Positions 9,938 through 19,440 of a DNA stretch of 64,000 nt are shown piece by piece. The first letter of the stretch is position 1. Each line of letters opens with the position of its first letter. Under the pieces are notes generated by a model. It did no database searches, was not told the DNA's origin, and saw only the letters and a list, made by a program, of their open reading frames with translations. Origin of the DNA: Minisyncoccota bacterium (GTDB lineage Bacteria; Patescibacteriota; Minisyncoccia; Phycocordibacterales; Phycocordibacteraceae). The stretch is from assembly GCA_028695415.1 (NCBI GenBank), contig JAQVIY010000003.1:47132-111131 (forward strand), read 5' to 3'. A program made the translations under genes and the position numbers.

Positions 9938-12900
9938 ATGGTGATGATAATGCGCGTACGACTCGCTGCGTTCTTTATTTTTATCGCTCCATTTGTGTTT
10001 GGCGCGCCGGCGTATGCGGCAATGATTGATTCACAGCCAGACGACAGCGCACAAGCCACGAGACCTCCAATCGTATATGTTTCTTATGGAGGACCATTCG
10101 TACCGGAGTATAATTATCACGCAGTGGGGTATATCCCGCACACTAATTTTAATCTCGCGGGGGTGCGCTTTCGCGTGAATGCGAGCGGTGGAGGAGATCA
10201 TCTGTGTCCTGTTGGTGATGTCTATAGGTATTCCGGGACTTCGACCCCAATATCTTGGAATTACGGCCCATCTTGGGGGTTCCTCATTGGCAGTATTGTC
10301 ATCGCCACCACCACTCCCGACATACACGGGAATTGCGACTATACGACTCGTGATAATTATGGGCGATCACTGCCGCTCCCTCTGTCCACCGGGAATTATT
10401 ACGTTTTCCTCATGTCTACGGGCGGGAATTTAGCAAACTGGGTCTCTATGAGCGGGAAGCCCCTCTCTTCTTCTACACCGCAAAATTTCTTTGGATATCG
10501 GCCCGCGACCTCCAATCCCTATGTATGGGGAACGCTCGGTCTCGAGGCTGCCTACTTTGAGTTTTTCGATACCGCTCCGCCCCTGACGTACTCCTCACCG
10601 ACTATCACGCTCTTAGGCTCTGCGACGACGACCGTCGAGTTCGGTTCGACATTCACCGACCCCGGGGCTACGGCACAGGACGCTACGGATGGAGATATCA
10701 CGAGCGCGATACAAACTACCGGTTCGGTAAACACAGGTATTATGGGTACCACCACGCTTACATACGCGGTTACCAATTCAGGGGGGCTCTCCGCGACGAC
10801 GACGCGAGCGGTCATCGTCGCCTGTACGCACGATTGCTACTCTAATGTGCTTTTCCTCCCCGGCATCGAGGGGAGCCGGCTCTATCGGCCAGATTATTCC
10901 GGCGGTACTGACAAGTTGTGGGAGCCAAACATAGACAGCGATGTAAAAGACTTGTATCTGAATCCGGATGGCACGAGTACGCGGCTTGATATCTATACGA
11001 AAGAAAGGGATGTTCTGGACGAGTTGCCGGACGGGGAGAACATCTACAAATCGTTCATCGGAGAAATGGATAGTTTGAAGACGAGTGGTGCGATCGCCGA
11101 CTGGGAACCTATTGCCTATGATTGGCGACTTTCGCTCGACGACATCCTCTCCTATGGTAATGAGGTGCAAGGCAGGATTTATTATTCGGGAGATCTCCGA
11201 GCTACATCGACACCCTACATCACGCAAGAACTCAGACATCTTGCCGCTACATCGAAGACGGGAAAGGTGAGTATCGTCGCGCATTCTAACGGGGGCCTTC
11301 TCGCGAAGCGTCTGACAGAAGTTCTCGGCCCCGCAGAGGCAGCGAGACTTATCGATAAGATTATTTTCGTCGCCGTACCGCAGGCAGGGACTCCTGCCGC
11401 GATCGCGGCAGGCCTCCATGGCTATGACCAGGAGAATGTGTTCGGGCTTATTACCTCGAAGTCAACCGCGCGTACCCTAGCGAATGCCGCGCCGATGGAA
11501 TATCAGCTCTTACCCTCGGCGAGCTACTTCACCTATGTTGATGATCCGGTAGTCACATTCGACGAGTCTCTCACGGATTGGATAGCGCAGTACGGCAGCA
11601 CTGTCCATTCACAGGATCGTTTGCATCAATTCCTTACCGACACCCTTGGAAGAGTAGATCCCGAGACAGGCGATATACAGCAGCCGATACAATTTAGCGA
11701 CACACTCCTCTCTAATGCCGAAGCGCTTCACACCAGTCTCGACGCCTGGGCACCCCCGACCGGCGTGCCGCTTATACAAATTGCCGGATGGGGAGTGCCG
11801 AAAACGGTTGAGGGGATAACGTATAAGAAAAAAGACGCAGGTGTGACGCCGGAAATGAACTTCACCACTGATGGTGACGGCACCGTCGTCACCCCAAGCG
11901 CATTATGGACAAGCACTACTGGCGCGTCGAATTATTGGGTAGACTTGAAACGATACAGTAATGATCATTGGCTAACAACTCTTGGTGGCCTCCATTCGTT
12001 CGATCATGGGAAAATACTAGAAACCGATCCTGTCTTGGATTTTCTTTCCGACCAAATCACTCATACCGCCAAGTCAATTTCTGATTACGGCTATCTCTCT
12101 ACTGAGGCCCCAGCAGACTCGAATAAGCGTCTTCGCTTCGCGCTCCACTCGCCGCTCACTCTGAATCTCTATGATTCAGAGGGTCGCCATACCGGCATCT
12201 CGACCAGCACAGGGCAGGTCGAGACCCAAATTCCCGGCACCTACTACACAGAGTTTGGCGATGTGAAATACTTGTTCTCAGACGCATCTTCAGGCGCGAG
12301 CGTCATCATGAACGGCTATGATACAGGGATGTTCACGCTTGATGTCGATGAATATAGCGGTGACACCCTCACGACGAGTACGACATTTAAAGATGTCCCG
12401 ACTACAGCAAACACGGTTGCATCTCTTAGCGTACAATCTGACAGTTCAACTCTCTCGTCGATGGTGGTAGATGAGAATGGCGACGGGAGGAATGTCTCCA
12501 CGATCGTCCCGAAAATAGGGGAGACCGTTACCTATACTGCGCCGCGTCGCGGCCACACGACGCTTGTTAGAGCGGCTAACACAGATGTCGCTTCAGAAGA
12601 AGCTCCAGTCGCCGCCGTAGCGCAGGTGGCTCCTCTTGTGCCAAGTCCCAGTACAGAATCCGCAGTGGAAAATAGAGAAGTGGCGACTACCACTCTCGTG
12701 TTCGCACCGCCTCCCCGGGAGGTAACGGCTCCTGCAGTAATCGCAGAGACTAAGAAAAAGTCTGTTGCCGCGCCTCGAACGGCGACAGCTCCCAAGCAGG
12801 AGGTACATCTTGGCGTGTCGCAAACCGCGTCGGTGTATGAAGCTTCTCAACAGTCGGTACTGAAAAAGTTGAGCGAAGCGATCTATAATAAGCTTTATGG

Positions 12901-12940
12901 CTTCTGGTTCACTCTTAAATCAATCATTGGTCTTTTATGA
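9938..12940 (+). CDS. large secreted multidomain protein with alpha/beta-hydrolase (lipase/esterase-like) domain and Ig-like domain
   Basis: 1000 aa. Signal peptide ending in the AYA cleavage motif. Nucleophile elbow VAHSNGG (GHSxG type). A TDGDITSAIQTTGS bacterial Ig-like segment. C-terminal Pro/Ala/Thr-rich linker followed by a hydrophobic tail. Confidence 0.6.
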   Translation: MVMIMRVRLAAFFIFIAPFVFGAPAYAAMIDSQPDDSAQATRPPIVYVSYGGPFVPEYNYHAVGYIPHTNFNLAGVRFRVNASGGGDHLCPVGDVYRYSGTSTPISWNYGPSWGFLIGSIVIATTTPDIHGNCDYTTRDNYGRSLPLPLSTGNYYVFLMSTGGNLANWVSMSGKPLSSSTPQNFFGYRPATSNPYVWGTLGLEAAYFEFFDTAPPLTYSSPTITLLGSATTTVEFGSTFTDPGATAQDATDGDITSAIQTTGSVNTGIMGTTTLTYAVTNSGGLSATTTRAVIVACTHDCYSNVLFLPGIEGSRLYRPDYSGGTDKLWEPNIDSDVKDLYLNPDGTSTRLDIYTKERDVLDELPDGENIYKSFIGEMDSLKTSGAIADWEPIAYDWRLSLDDILSYGNEVQGRIYYSGDLRATSTPYITQELRHLAATSKTGKVSIVAHSNGGLLAKRLTEVLGPAEAARLIDKIIFVAVPQAGTPAAIAAGLHGYDQENVFGLITSKSTARTLANAAPMEYQLLPSASYFTYVDDPVVTFDESLTDWIAQYGSTVHSQDRLHQFLTDTLGRVDPETGDIQQPIQFSDTLLSNAEALHTSLDAWAPPTGVPLIQIAGWGVPKTVEGITYKKKDAGVTPEMNFTTDGDGTVVTPSALWTSTTGASNYWVDLKRYSNDHWLTTLGGLHSFDHGKILETDPVLDFLSDQITHTAKSISDYGYLSTEAPADSNKRLRFALHSPLTLNLYDSEGRHTGISTSTGQVETQIPGTYYTEFGDVKYLFSDASSGASVIMNGYDTGMFTLDVDEYSGDTLTTSTTFKDVPTTANTVASLSVQSDSSTLSSMVVDENGDGRNVSTIVPKIGETVTYTAPRRGHTTLVRAANTDVASEEAPVAAVAQVAPLVPSPSTESAVENREVATTTLVFAPPPREVTAPAVIAETKKKSVAAPRTATAPKQEVHLGVSQTASVYEASQQSVLKKLSEAIYNKLYGFWFTLKSIIGLL

Positions 12941-13371
12941 TTACTAGAAAAACATTACTAATCGTTTCGGGTTTATTAAGTATTTTGCTTCTAGTCTGGG
13001 ATTATATTGGTAATTACCACATATGTGATTTTTTCATAAACGGAGGAGCAATTAGTAATTGTCCTTTTGTACTTACTGATATTGGGATAAATCTCTTTCC
13101 CATAATCCCCCTATTTCTTCTCTCTCTTATCACCTACGGCATGCGTGAGGACGTGTATCGAACCTGGGCTCGCTTCGCGATAGGGTGGATACCGGTCTCA
13201 ATGGTTCTTATATTCCTCTCTCCCGAATACGCGACTAGCTTCGGCATCGCTCTGTATCCCATTACTAAAGGCACGGTCGCATTTGCCTCCTCGCTCTTCT
13301 TCGTCATAATTTCCCTCATCCTCATCTTTTGGAGATATTCCATCTCTCGTCGCAAGATTCGCCAAGGGTAG
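12937..13371 (+). CDS. hypothetical small membrane protein (ATGA overlap with upstream gene)
   Basis: 144 aa. Four hydrophobic helices. AT-rich codon usage. Confidence 0.4.
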   Translation: MITRKTLLIVSGLLSILLLVWDYIGNYHICDFFINGGAISNCPFVLTDIGINLFPIIPLFLLSLITYGMREDVYRTWARFAIGWIPVSMVLIFLSPEYATSFGIALYPITKGTVAFASSLFFVIISLILIFWRYSISRRKIRQG

Positions 13372-13397
13372 TCCTTGGCAGAAAGGTGTGAAATGAA

Positions 13398-13428
13398 GGG
13401 CTGCGATTCATGAAGCGAATCGCAGCCC
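13398..13428. terminator. bidirectional rho-independent terminator
   Basis: Perfect 12-bp stem GGGCTGCGATTC/GAATCGCAGCCC with a 7-nt loop. Lies between convergent genes. Confidence 0.6.
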
Positions 13429-13447
13429 GTTTGCATATCGTCAGTAT

Positions 13448-13861
13448 TCACACCTTCGCCCCTCTGCTGAAGCAGGGCAGCCCCTCCTTATAGTCCTCCA
13501 GATTCATCTTGAGAAATACACGGTCTCCCCACATATCTCTCGATATGAAAACCGTGGGAACTTCCACCTTATCGTCTATTGAGACGTCGATAAGCTCGAC
13601 CCGGGTGAAGATGAAAAGGGGTGCGGTAGGCAGGCCAGTCGGCGGCCCCTTCGCGTAACTGAACGCGACAATTTTCTCTCTCGCGGTTTCCATCTTGGCG
13701 AAGTATTCGCCACACATCTCCCATTCCTGCTTCCGAAGCGTCTTCCACAGGTCGGCGGCGATGGCGATGATCGGGTGTTCGAAGTCTTCGGTACTTCCTG
13801 CAATGCCCGATGTGATACAGAAGAGCAACACACCGATACCGGCTATCTTCCAGAACTTCAT
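13448..13861 (-). CDS. hypothetical secreted protein
   Basis: Signal peptide MKFWKIAGIGVLLFCITSGIAGS followed by a soluble domain. 137 aa. Confidence 0.45.
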   Translation of the reverse strand: MKFWKIAGIGVLLFCITSGIAGSTEDFEHPIIAIAADLWKTLRKQEWEMCGEYFAKMETAREKIVAFSYAKGPPTGLPTAPLFIFTRVELIDVSIDDKVEVPTVFISRDMWGDRVFLKMNLEDYKEGLPCFSRGAKV

Positions 13862-13991
13862 AATCCTTCTCCCTAAGATTGGTTTATCAAGGATATCCTC
13901 GCGTACTGTATTCCTCGCTAGTTCTTTGTCAAACGACCTATGTATCGGTGCCTAATCAGTATCGACGAGCCTTCCGTGGTACACTTAAATC

Positions 13992-14879
13992 ATGAATCGG
14001 GTCATTTTTGGGGATAATTTGGAGGTTTTAAAGACGATCCCGACAGGGTCAGTAAGCCTTATCTACATTGATCCGCCTTTCAATACCGGTAAAGTGCAAT
14101 CGAGAAAACAGCTCAAGACCGCAAAGGATATCAATGGCGACAGAATTGGTTTCAAGGGTCAGACCTACCGAACCACCGTGCTTGGAGAGAAATCATATGT
14201 CGATAGCTTTAATGATTATCTTGGCTTCCTTGAACCGCGTTTGCGGGAGGCGCATCGAATACTTACCAATGACGGTAGTATCTATTTTCATATTGATTAT
14301 CGGGAAGTGCATTACTGCAAGGTCTTGCTCGATACTATCTTTGGGCGAGAGAATTTCTTGAATGAAATAATTTGGGCATACGACTATGGGGCACGAAGCA
14401 AAAATAAATGGCCGGCGAAACACGACACCATTCTCTGGTACGCGAAAGATTATAGGAATTACATCTTCAACTACGAAGATATGGATCGCATTCCATACAT
14501 GGCGCCTGGACTCGTTGGACCAGAGAAGGCCGCTCGCGGAAAGACGCCGACAGATACTTGGTGGCACACGATAGTGAGTCCAAATGGTAAAGAAAAGACC
14601 GGTTATCCGACGCAGAAACCGCTTGGCATCATCCGGCGCATCATCCGAGCATCTTCTCGAGAGGGAGATTTAATTATGGATTTTTTCGCCGGAAGCGGAA
14701 CAGCAGGCGAAGCAGCTCTCGAACTGGAGAGGAAATTTATTCTTGTCGATAATAATCCGCAAGCACTGGAGGTCATGAAGAGGCGCTTTGCGGGAAATTC
14801 AAGAGTTAAATTTGTAATATCGACAAATATTGGGAATGAATTAAAGAAAATAGCCGTGAAGACTCCAGTTCTTTTCTGA
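13992..14879 (+). CDS. DNA methyltransferase, beta-class amino-MTase (N6-adenine or N4-cytosine)
   Basis: Motif IV IYIDPPFNTG near the N-terminus. Motif I DFFAGSGTAG near the C-terminus. 295 aa. Confidence 0.85.
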   Translation: MNRVIFGDNLEVLKTIPTGSVSLIYIDPPFNTGKVQSRKQLKTAKDINGDRIGFKGQTYRTTVLGEKSYVDSFNDYLGFLEPRLREAHRILTNDGSIYFHIDYREVHYCKVLLDTIFGRENFLNEIIWAYDYGARSKNKWPAKHDTILWYAKDYRNYIFNYEDMDRIPYMAPGLVGPEKAARGKTPTDTWWHTIVSPNGKEKTGYPTQKPLGIIRRIIRASSREGDLIMDFFAGSGTAGEAALELERKFILVDNNPQALEVMKRRFAGNSRVKFVISTNIGNELKKIAVKTPVLF

Positions 14880-14885
14880 CATTTG

Positions 14886-15413
14886 TTATAAATGCCGCCT
14901 CTTTGGCGCGAGGGTTTTCTTATGAAGTTTCTCCACGCGCACTTTCGTTTCTTGATTTATTTTTTGCAGTTGTGATAAAAGATTACGCATTTCCTGTGCG
15001 ATATCAGCATTTCGATCGCCCTCCTTAATTGCGGCTTGCACCCTAGCATTAAGTTCGGAATCACTGCATTCGAATTCTTTGGGAATAGAATTTCTAGACA
15101 AATTAGCACTTTCGAATGGGATTTCAGTATGCTGACCCCTGCTTTTCTTAGTGACGAGCCGAACTATCTCGTGGGGCGGCAAAACTATCCAAGTTTGGCC
15201 ATTATATATAACGAGGGGTATGAATTTGATCGCACGAATTTGGTTTATGGTATTAGAATGGCATTCCTTAATTTCCACATATCGCAATTCTCCTTTCACG
15301 GGGACTCTCGCGTCGCCAAGTTTCGCGTTATCCGATTTCTTTGATCCTTTGACGAATAAACGAAAACGCTCTTCGGCGTTGTCTCCCTCGTGTCTTATCG
15401 CCTGCCGTGCCAT
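14886..15413 (-). CDS. candidate type II restriction endonuclease (convergent partner of the MTase)
   Basis: 175 aa. Possible PD-(D/E)xK arrangement GDARVPVKGELRYVEIK. Stop is 7 nt from the MTase stop. No other support. Confidence 0.35.
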   Translation of the reverse strand: MARQAIRHEGDNAEERFRLFVKGSKKSDNAKLGDARVPVKGELRYVEIKECHSNTINQIRAIKFIPLVIYNGQTWIVLPPHEIVRLVTKKSRGQHTEIPFESANLSRNSIPKEFECSDSELNARVQAAIKEGDRNADIAQEMRNLLSQLQKINQETKVRVEKLHKKTLAPKRRHL

Positions 15414-15471
15414 ATAGTCTGGAGCTTAGTCTCTTTCGGGTGTATTGCAAGGCCGGGTGTATACTATCCCT

Positions 15472-15774
15472 ATGAAAGGATTTATTGGGTTTATACGGGA
15501 ACAGGGAGTGGTTGGTCTCGCCGTCGGCTTCATCCTCGGTGGGGCGGTATCGAAGCTCGTTTCCGCGCTTGTCACTGACCTCATCAATCCGCTCCTCGGC
15601 GTTGCGCTCGGCGCGGTCGGCGGTCTAAAAGGCGCATCACTTACGGTCGGCACGGTAGTGTTCCTCTACGGCGACCTCATCAGCACTCTGATGGATTTTG
15701 TCGTCATCGCGCTTGTCGTGTACTTCGGCGTGAAGTTGTTTCGTCTCGACAAGCTTGAGAAGACAAAGGGATAA
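15472..15774 (+). CDS. mscL: large-conductance mechanosensitive channel MscL
   Basis: About 100 aa. MKGFIGFIREQGVVGLAVGFILGGAVSKLVSALVTDLINPLLG matches the MscL TM1 consensus. Confidence 0.85.
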   Translation: MKGFIGFIREQGVVGLAVGFILGGAVSKLVSALVTDLINPLLGVALGAVGGLKGASLTVGTVVFLYGDLISTLMDFVVIALVVYFGVKLFRLDKLEKTKG

Positions 15775-15848
15775 AAGACGATTCGCCCACTAGACTACTG
15801 GCTGTGCCGTGGCTCGCGTGCTTCGCGATTCTGCTGTACTGTTCCACT

Positions 15849-16442
15849 GTGGCAGGTATCACTAGCATCAATTCGGCAGTTTTCAAGAAAGGGATTATCG
15901 GGACTGACCCGATACTCACTGATGGTGTGCCTCAAATCGTCTTTGTCGGGCGTTCGAATGTGGGGAAGTCGAGCGTTGTGAACTCACTCACCAATCGTAA
16001 AGACTTGGTCAAAGTCAGTAATAAGCCGGGGAAGACGACCGAGCTGAACTTCTTCTCCATCAATAACGGCAAAGCATACTTCGTCGACTTGCCGGGCTAC
16101 GGCTACGCCGAAGCGTCGCCGAAACAGAAAGAGAAGCTAGAAAAGCTCATCCTCTGGTATTTGATGTATTCGGGTGCACGCCCGCGCATGGTTGTGCTCA
16201 TCCTCGACATGAAGGCGGGACTTACGGCGTTTGATGAAGAGATGATACGCGTTTTGCGTGAACACGAACACCCGTATCTCGTCGTTGCGAACAAGGCGGA
16301 TAAGCTCAATCAGAAAGAATCATCGGCACAACTGCGCGCGATACAGGCGGCGGCACACGAAGCTACGGTCGCCACGTACTCGGCGACTACCGCGACGCCC
16401 AAGGAGCGCGCCACACTCCTGCAGAAGATTCTCGAAGACTGA
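15849..16442 (+). CDS. engB: ribosome biogenesis GTPase EngB/YihA (probable GTG start at 15849)
   Basis: G1 motif GRSNVGKSS, G3 DLPGYG, G4 NKADK. About 198 aa from the in-frame GTG. The ORF extension to 15804 is hydrophobic and likely spurious. Confidence 0.8.
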   Translation: MAGITSINSAVFKKGIIGTDPILTDGVPQIVFVGRSNVGKSSVVNSLTNRKDLVKVSNKPGKTTELNFFSINNGKAYFVDLPGYGYAEASPKQKEKLEKLILWYLMYSGARPRMVVLILDMKAGLTAFDEEMIRVLREHEHPYLVVANKADKLNQKESSAQLRAIQAAAHEATVATYSATTATPKERATLLQKILED

Positions 16443-16443
16443 T

Positions 16444-17184
16444 ATGTACCTCACCGACGACGCGGCGAAGCAGAAAGTGCTTCAGGAGAAATACGGCGGA
16501 ATAGAGAACGAAGCGTATCGCGCCGATTGCGCGCGCATCGACGCGCATGAGCCGTGGGAGTACATCCTCGGCTACGCCGACTTTCTCGGATGCAAAATCG
16601 ATCTCTCCTCCAAGCCGATGGTCCCGCGCGACGAGACCGCGCATTGGGTCGCGCGCGTGATAGAGGAATGGAGAGATAAAGGCTCTGTGACGGCGCTCGA
16701 TCTTTATGCAGGGTCGGGTAATATCGGCATCGCCCTCCTCAAGCACCTGCCGGAGATGTCGGTCACCTTCAACGAGCTCGACGCGAATCTTTTGCCGCAG
16801 ATTGCGAAGTCACTCGAGATAAACGACATTGATCCGTTGCGCGCGACGCTTATCGCGGGCGATAGTCTCGAAAAAGTGAGAGAGAAATTCGACGTTATTT
16901 GCGCGAACCCGCCCTACGTCGACCCGAGAGGCGAGGCGGACATGGACCCGGAGATGCGATATGAGCCGCACATCGCCTTCTTCGGCTCTTCTGACGGCTA
17001 TGGTCACCACAAAGAGCTTATCGCGCGCGGGCGCGAGTTCCTCACGCCGCACGGCGTGCTTTACGGCGAGTTCGACATGACGCAGGCCGACGAGATCAAA
17101 CGTCTCCTCGCCGCGAGCGACTGGGACTACGAGATACGCAACGACCCCTACGGCCACCCCGGCCTCATGGTCTTGCGGGCGTAG
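16444..17184 (+). CDS. prmC: release-factor glutamine N5-methyltransferase PrmC/HemK family
   Basis: NPPY motif in ICANPPYV. SAM-binding DLYAGSGNIG. Start codon abuts the engB stop (TGATATG). Confidence 0.8.
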   Translation: MYLTDDAAKQKVLQEKYGGIENEAYRADCARIDAHEPWEYILGYADFLGCKIDLSSKPMVPRDETAHWVARVIEEWRDKGSVTALDLYAGSGNIGIALLKHLPEMSVTFNELDANLLPQIAKSLEINDIDPLRATLIAGDSLEKVREKFDVICANPPYVDPRGEADMDPEMRYEPHIAFFGSSDGYGHHKELIARGREFLTPHGVLYGEFDMTQADEIKRLLAASDWDYEIRNDPYGHPGLMVLRA

Positions 17185-17323
17185 GGTATCCAAGATTTGT
17201 ACCTATAGAGACAAGTTGTGGATAGTTCCTATACGGCTGATGGATACAGTCCCGAGTGCAGTGAATTGCTTCTACGTTCTAGGTGTGGCAGTATCACTGC
17301 AGAGCAATCCTGCCTGCAACCAA

Positions 17324-17893
17324 ATGGAGGTTTCCATGCAATTGATCCTTCCCAAGACGGTGCCGTCCTTCTCTTTCGTCAACGAGGCCTTGCCGCTCTT
17401 CTTTCTCGCGGGTCCTATCGGCGGGGGAGATGACTGGCACTTCAGGATGACCGAACTCCTTATGTCGCATTCTGCAGATTGCGTGATCGTGAACCCGACA
17501 CGCTACAAGCCGAACCATCCGCATTATCAGTATCGGGTGAGCGGTGATGATGACGTCTATACTCGGCAAACCGATTGGGAGCGCCGGTATATGTGTGACG
17601 CTGCCAAGGCGTCACTTCACGGCTGTCTCATCTTCTGGTTGCCGAAGGAGAGCGTAACGAATCCTCGCAGCGACGGGGAACCGTATGCGAGGGATACGCG
17701 CGGTGAGATCGCCGAATGGCGCACCCACCTCATGTATGACCGAAGCTTGCGTGTCGTGGTCGGGGCCGAAGAGGAGTTCCCTGGCTTGAGCGTTATCAGG
17801 AGGAATTTCGAGTTGACTATGTGCCCGGCGTTCCCTATCTATCGAACGATGGAAGAGGTGGCGGGCGCGGCAGTGAAGTTCGCCATGCGGTAA
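17324..17893 (+). CDS. nucleoside 2-deoxyribosyltransferase-like (NDT/SLOG-superfamily) protein
   Basis: LFFLAGPIGGGDDW Rossmann start and a DTRGEIAEW motif resembling the NDT catalytic Glu region. Assignment is tentative. Confidence 0.35.
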   Translation: MEVSMQLILPKTVPSFSFVNEALPLFFLAGPIGGGDDWHFRMTELLMSHSADCVIVNPTRYKPNHPHYQYRVSGDDDVYTRQTDWERRYMCDAAKASLHGCLIFWLPKESVTNPRSDGEPYARDTRGEIAEWRTHLMYDRSLRVVVGAEEEFPGLSVIRRNFELTMCPAFPIYRTMEEVAGAAVKFAMR

Positions 17894-18012
17894 GTTCGAC
17901 GTGAAGATCATTCGAGGCCCAACACGGGAACGTGTTGGGCCTCTACTTTATCCCCTGACTCTTGAGAAAGGTGGCGAATTTTTCGCCCCTTCGCATGCGG
18001 CAGAATGATTCG

Positions 18013-18534
18013 ATGCAAAAGAAGGGCAATAACTACGCTTTCATCGACAGTCAGAACGTGAACCTGGCCATTCGCGCACAGGGATGGAAGCTCGACTGGG
18101 AGCGCTTTCGCATATATCTCCGGGAGAAATACGGCGTGACAAAAGCATTCCTCTTCATCGGGTATGTCGAGGGTAATAATGAGTTGTATATCGCGCTGCA
18201 ATCGGCCGGCTTCATCTGCATCTTCAAGCCGACGCTCGAATATAAGGACGGAACGACCAAGGGGAACTGCGACGCCGAACTCGTTCTTCACGCGATGATC
18301 GAATATCCGAACTACGAGAAGGCGATCATCGTGACGGGCGACGGCGATTTCTATTGTCTGGTGCAACATCTGCTTGAGAAGGCGAAACTTCTTGCCGTCC
18401 TTATCCCCAACAGACTCACTTTCTCGGCGCTGCTCAAGTTTAAGGAATTTCGTCCGTACCTGCGGCACATGAACGATCTAGAGAATCTACTTGCATATAA
18501 AAAGAGAAGACCCTACGAGGACAGAACCTCGTAG
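18013..18534 (+). CDS. NYN-domain (LabA-like) protein
   Basis: AFIDSQNV...AFLFIGYV...KGNCDAELVLHAM...AIIVTGDGDF fits the NYN nuclease fold acidic motifs. Confidence 0.7.
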   Translation: MQKKGNNYAFIDSQNVNLAIRAQGWKLDWERFRIYLREKYGVTKAFLFIGYVEGNNELYIALQSAGFICIFKPTLEYKDGTTKGNCDAELVLHAMIEYPNYEKAIIVTGDGDFYCLVQHLLEKAKLLAVLIPNRLTFSALLKFKEFRPYLRHMNDLENLLAYKKRRPYEDRTS

Positions 18535-18593
18535 GGTTATTTTCTCCGTTGGTGATATTGATAGTATACGCCGACCAAGAAGCGTGTCAACAG

Positions 18594-19322
18594 CTATCTG
18601 ATTCCGAGCGAGGTGAGGAAGGTCGCGAGCTCGGCACCCTCGATGGGGCGCGTCGCATTCGGCGGCAGATCCTCGAGGCGGATGTTCATAATGCGCACGC
18701 GCTCGAGCTCGACGACCTGGTTATAAAGCGCCGCGACCATACGACGGATCTGGTGCTTCTTGCCCTCAGTGAGCGTGATGATAAAACTCTTTGACCCCGT
18801 CTTGCGCACTTTGCACGGCGCGGTTAGGTAGCCTTCGATATTGACCCCGCTCTCCATTGCCTTCTTGAAGCTGTCGCGCAAGGGTTCGAGCGTACGCACG
18901 CGGTACTCTTTATCATGATCATAATCAGGGTTGAGGAGCCGGTCGGTCACGCGACCGTCGTCGGTGAGGATGATGAGTCCGCTTGAGTCTTTATCGAGGC
19001 GACCGACAGGGAACACGCCCTTCATATGCACACTCTGCTTGATATCTTTCTCACCTCGCTGCGGCGAATGGGTGATGACACCGACCGGCTTATTATAGGC
19101 GAAGTAGCGATACTTTTTCGGGTTCGCTGTACCCGCGAGCTCGACGCGATCGCTCTCGCGCACCCGGTCGCCGAGCTCAGCGACAACGCCGTTTATGCGC
19201 ACCTTGCCGCGCGCGACAAGCTCGTCGGCGCCCCGGCGCGTCGCAAGTCCCTGGTGGGCGAGGTATTTGTTGATGCGCATCGGCCACTCGTTCGCGGGCT
19301 TGGTGACTGGAGTTTTTAGCAT
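18594..19322 (-). CDS. rsuA: 16S rRNA pseudouridine synthase RsuA/RluB family (S4 domain + catalytic domain); the true start may be the internal Met MRINKYLA
   Basis: S4-like MRINKYLAHQGLATRRGADELVARGKVRING. Catalytic FPVGRLDKDSSGLIILTDDG with the conserved Asp. Confidence 0.8.
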   Translation of the reverse strand: MLKTPVTKPANEWPMRINKYLAHQGLATRRGADELVARGKVRINGVVAELGDRVRESDRVELAGTANPKKYRYFAYNKPVGVITHSPQRGEKDIKQSVHMKGVFPVGRLDKDSSGLIILTDDGRVTDRLLNPDYDHDKEYRVRTLEPLRDSFKKAMESGVNIEGYLTAPCKVRKTGSKSFIITLTEGKKHQIRRMVAALYNQVVELERVRIMNIRLEDLPPNATRPIEGAELATFLTSLGIR

Positions 19323-19363
19323 ATGTGTTCACTATACATATTAAATGATATTCTGTCTATGAA

Positions 19364-19381
19364 TAGGAATTGACATTCCTA
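19364..19381. promoter_or_regulatory. palindromic operator-like site overlapping a TTGACA -35 hexamer in the rsuA/DGR-target divergent promoter region
   Basis: TAGGAAT-TGAC-ATTCCTA perfect inverted repeat. TTGACA at 19370-19375 with a TATCCT-like -10 element 17 nt downstream. Confidence 0.3.
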
Positions 19382-19440
19382 TAAAGGTATGCTATCCTAG
19401 AGTGCAGGTGGCAGATCCTTATAACACAGTTTCAGTCCCA

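Noticed and set aside
16258-16443. 62-aa arginine-rich N-terminal extension of prmC overlapping engB
   Set aside because: A low-complexity Arg/Ser run in the alternative frame of engB. The ATG at 16444 directly follows the engB stop.
17908-18468. 186-aa minus-strand ORF overlapping the NYN-domain gene
   Set aside because: Its full length is antisense to a +strand ORF with clear NYN motifs. It has no recognisable motifs of its own and a low-complexity, charged composition.
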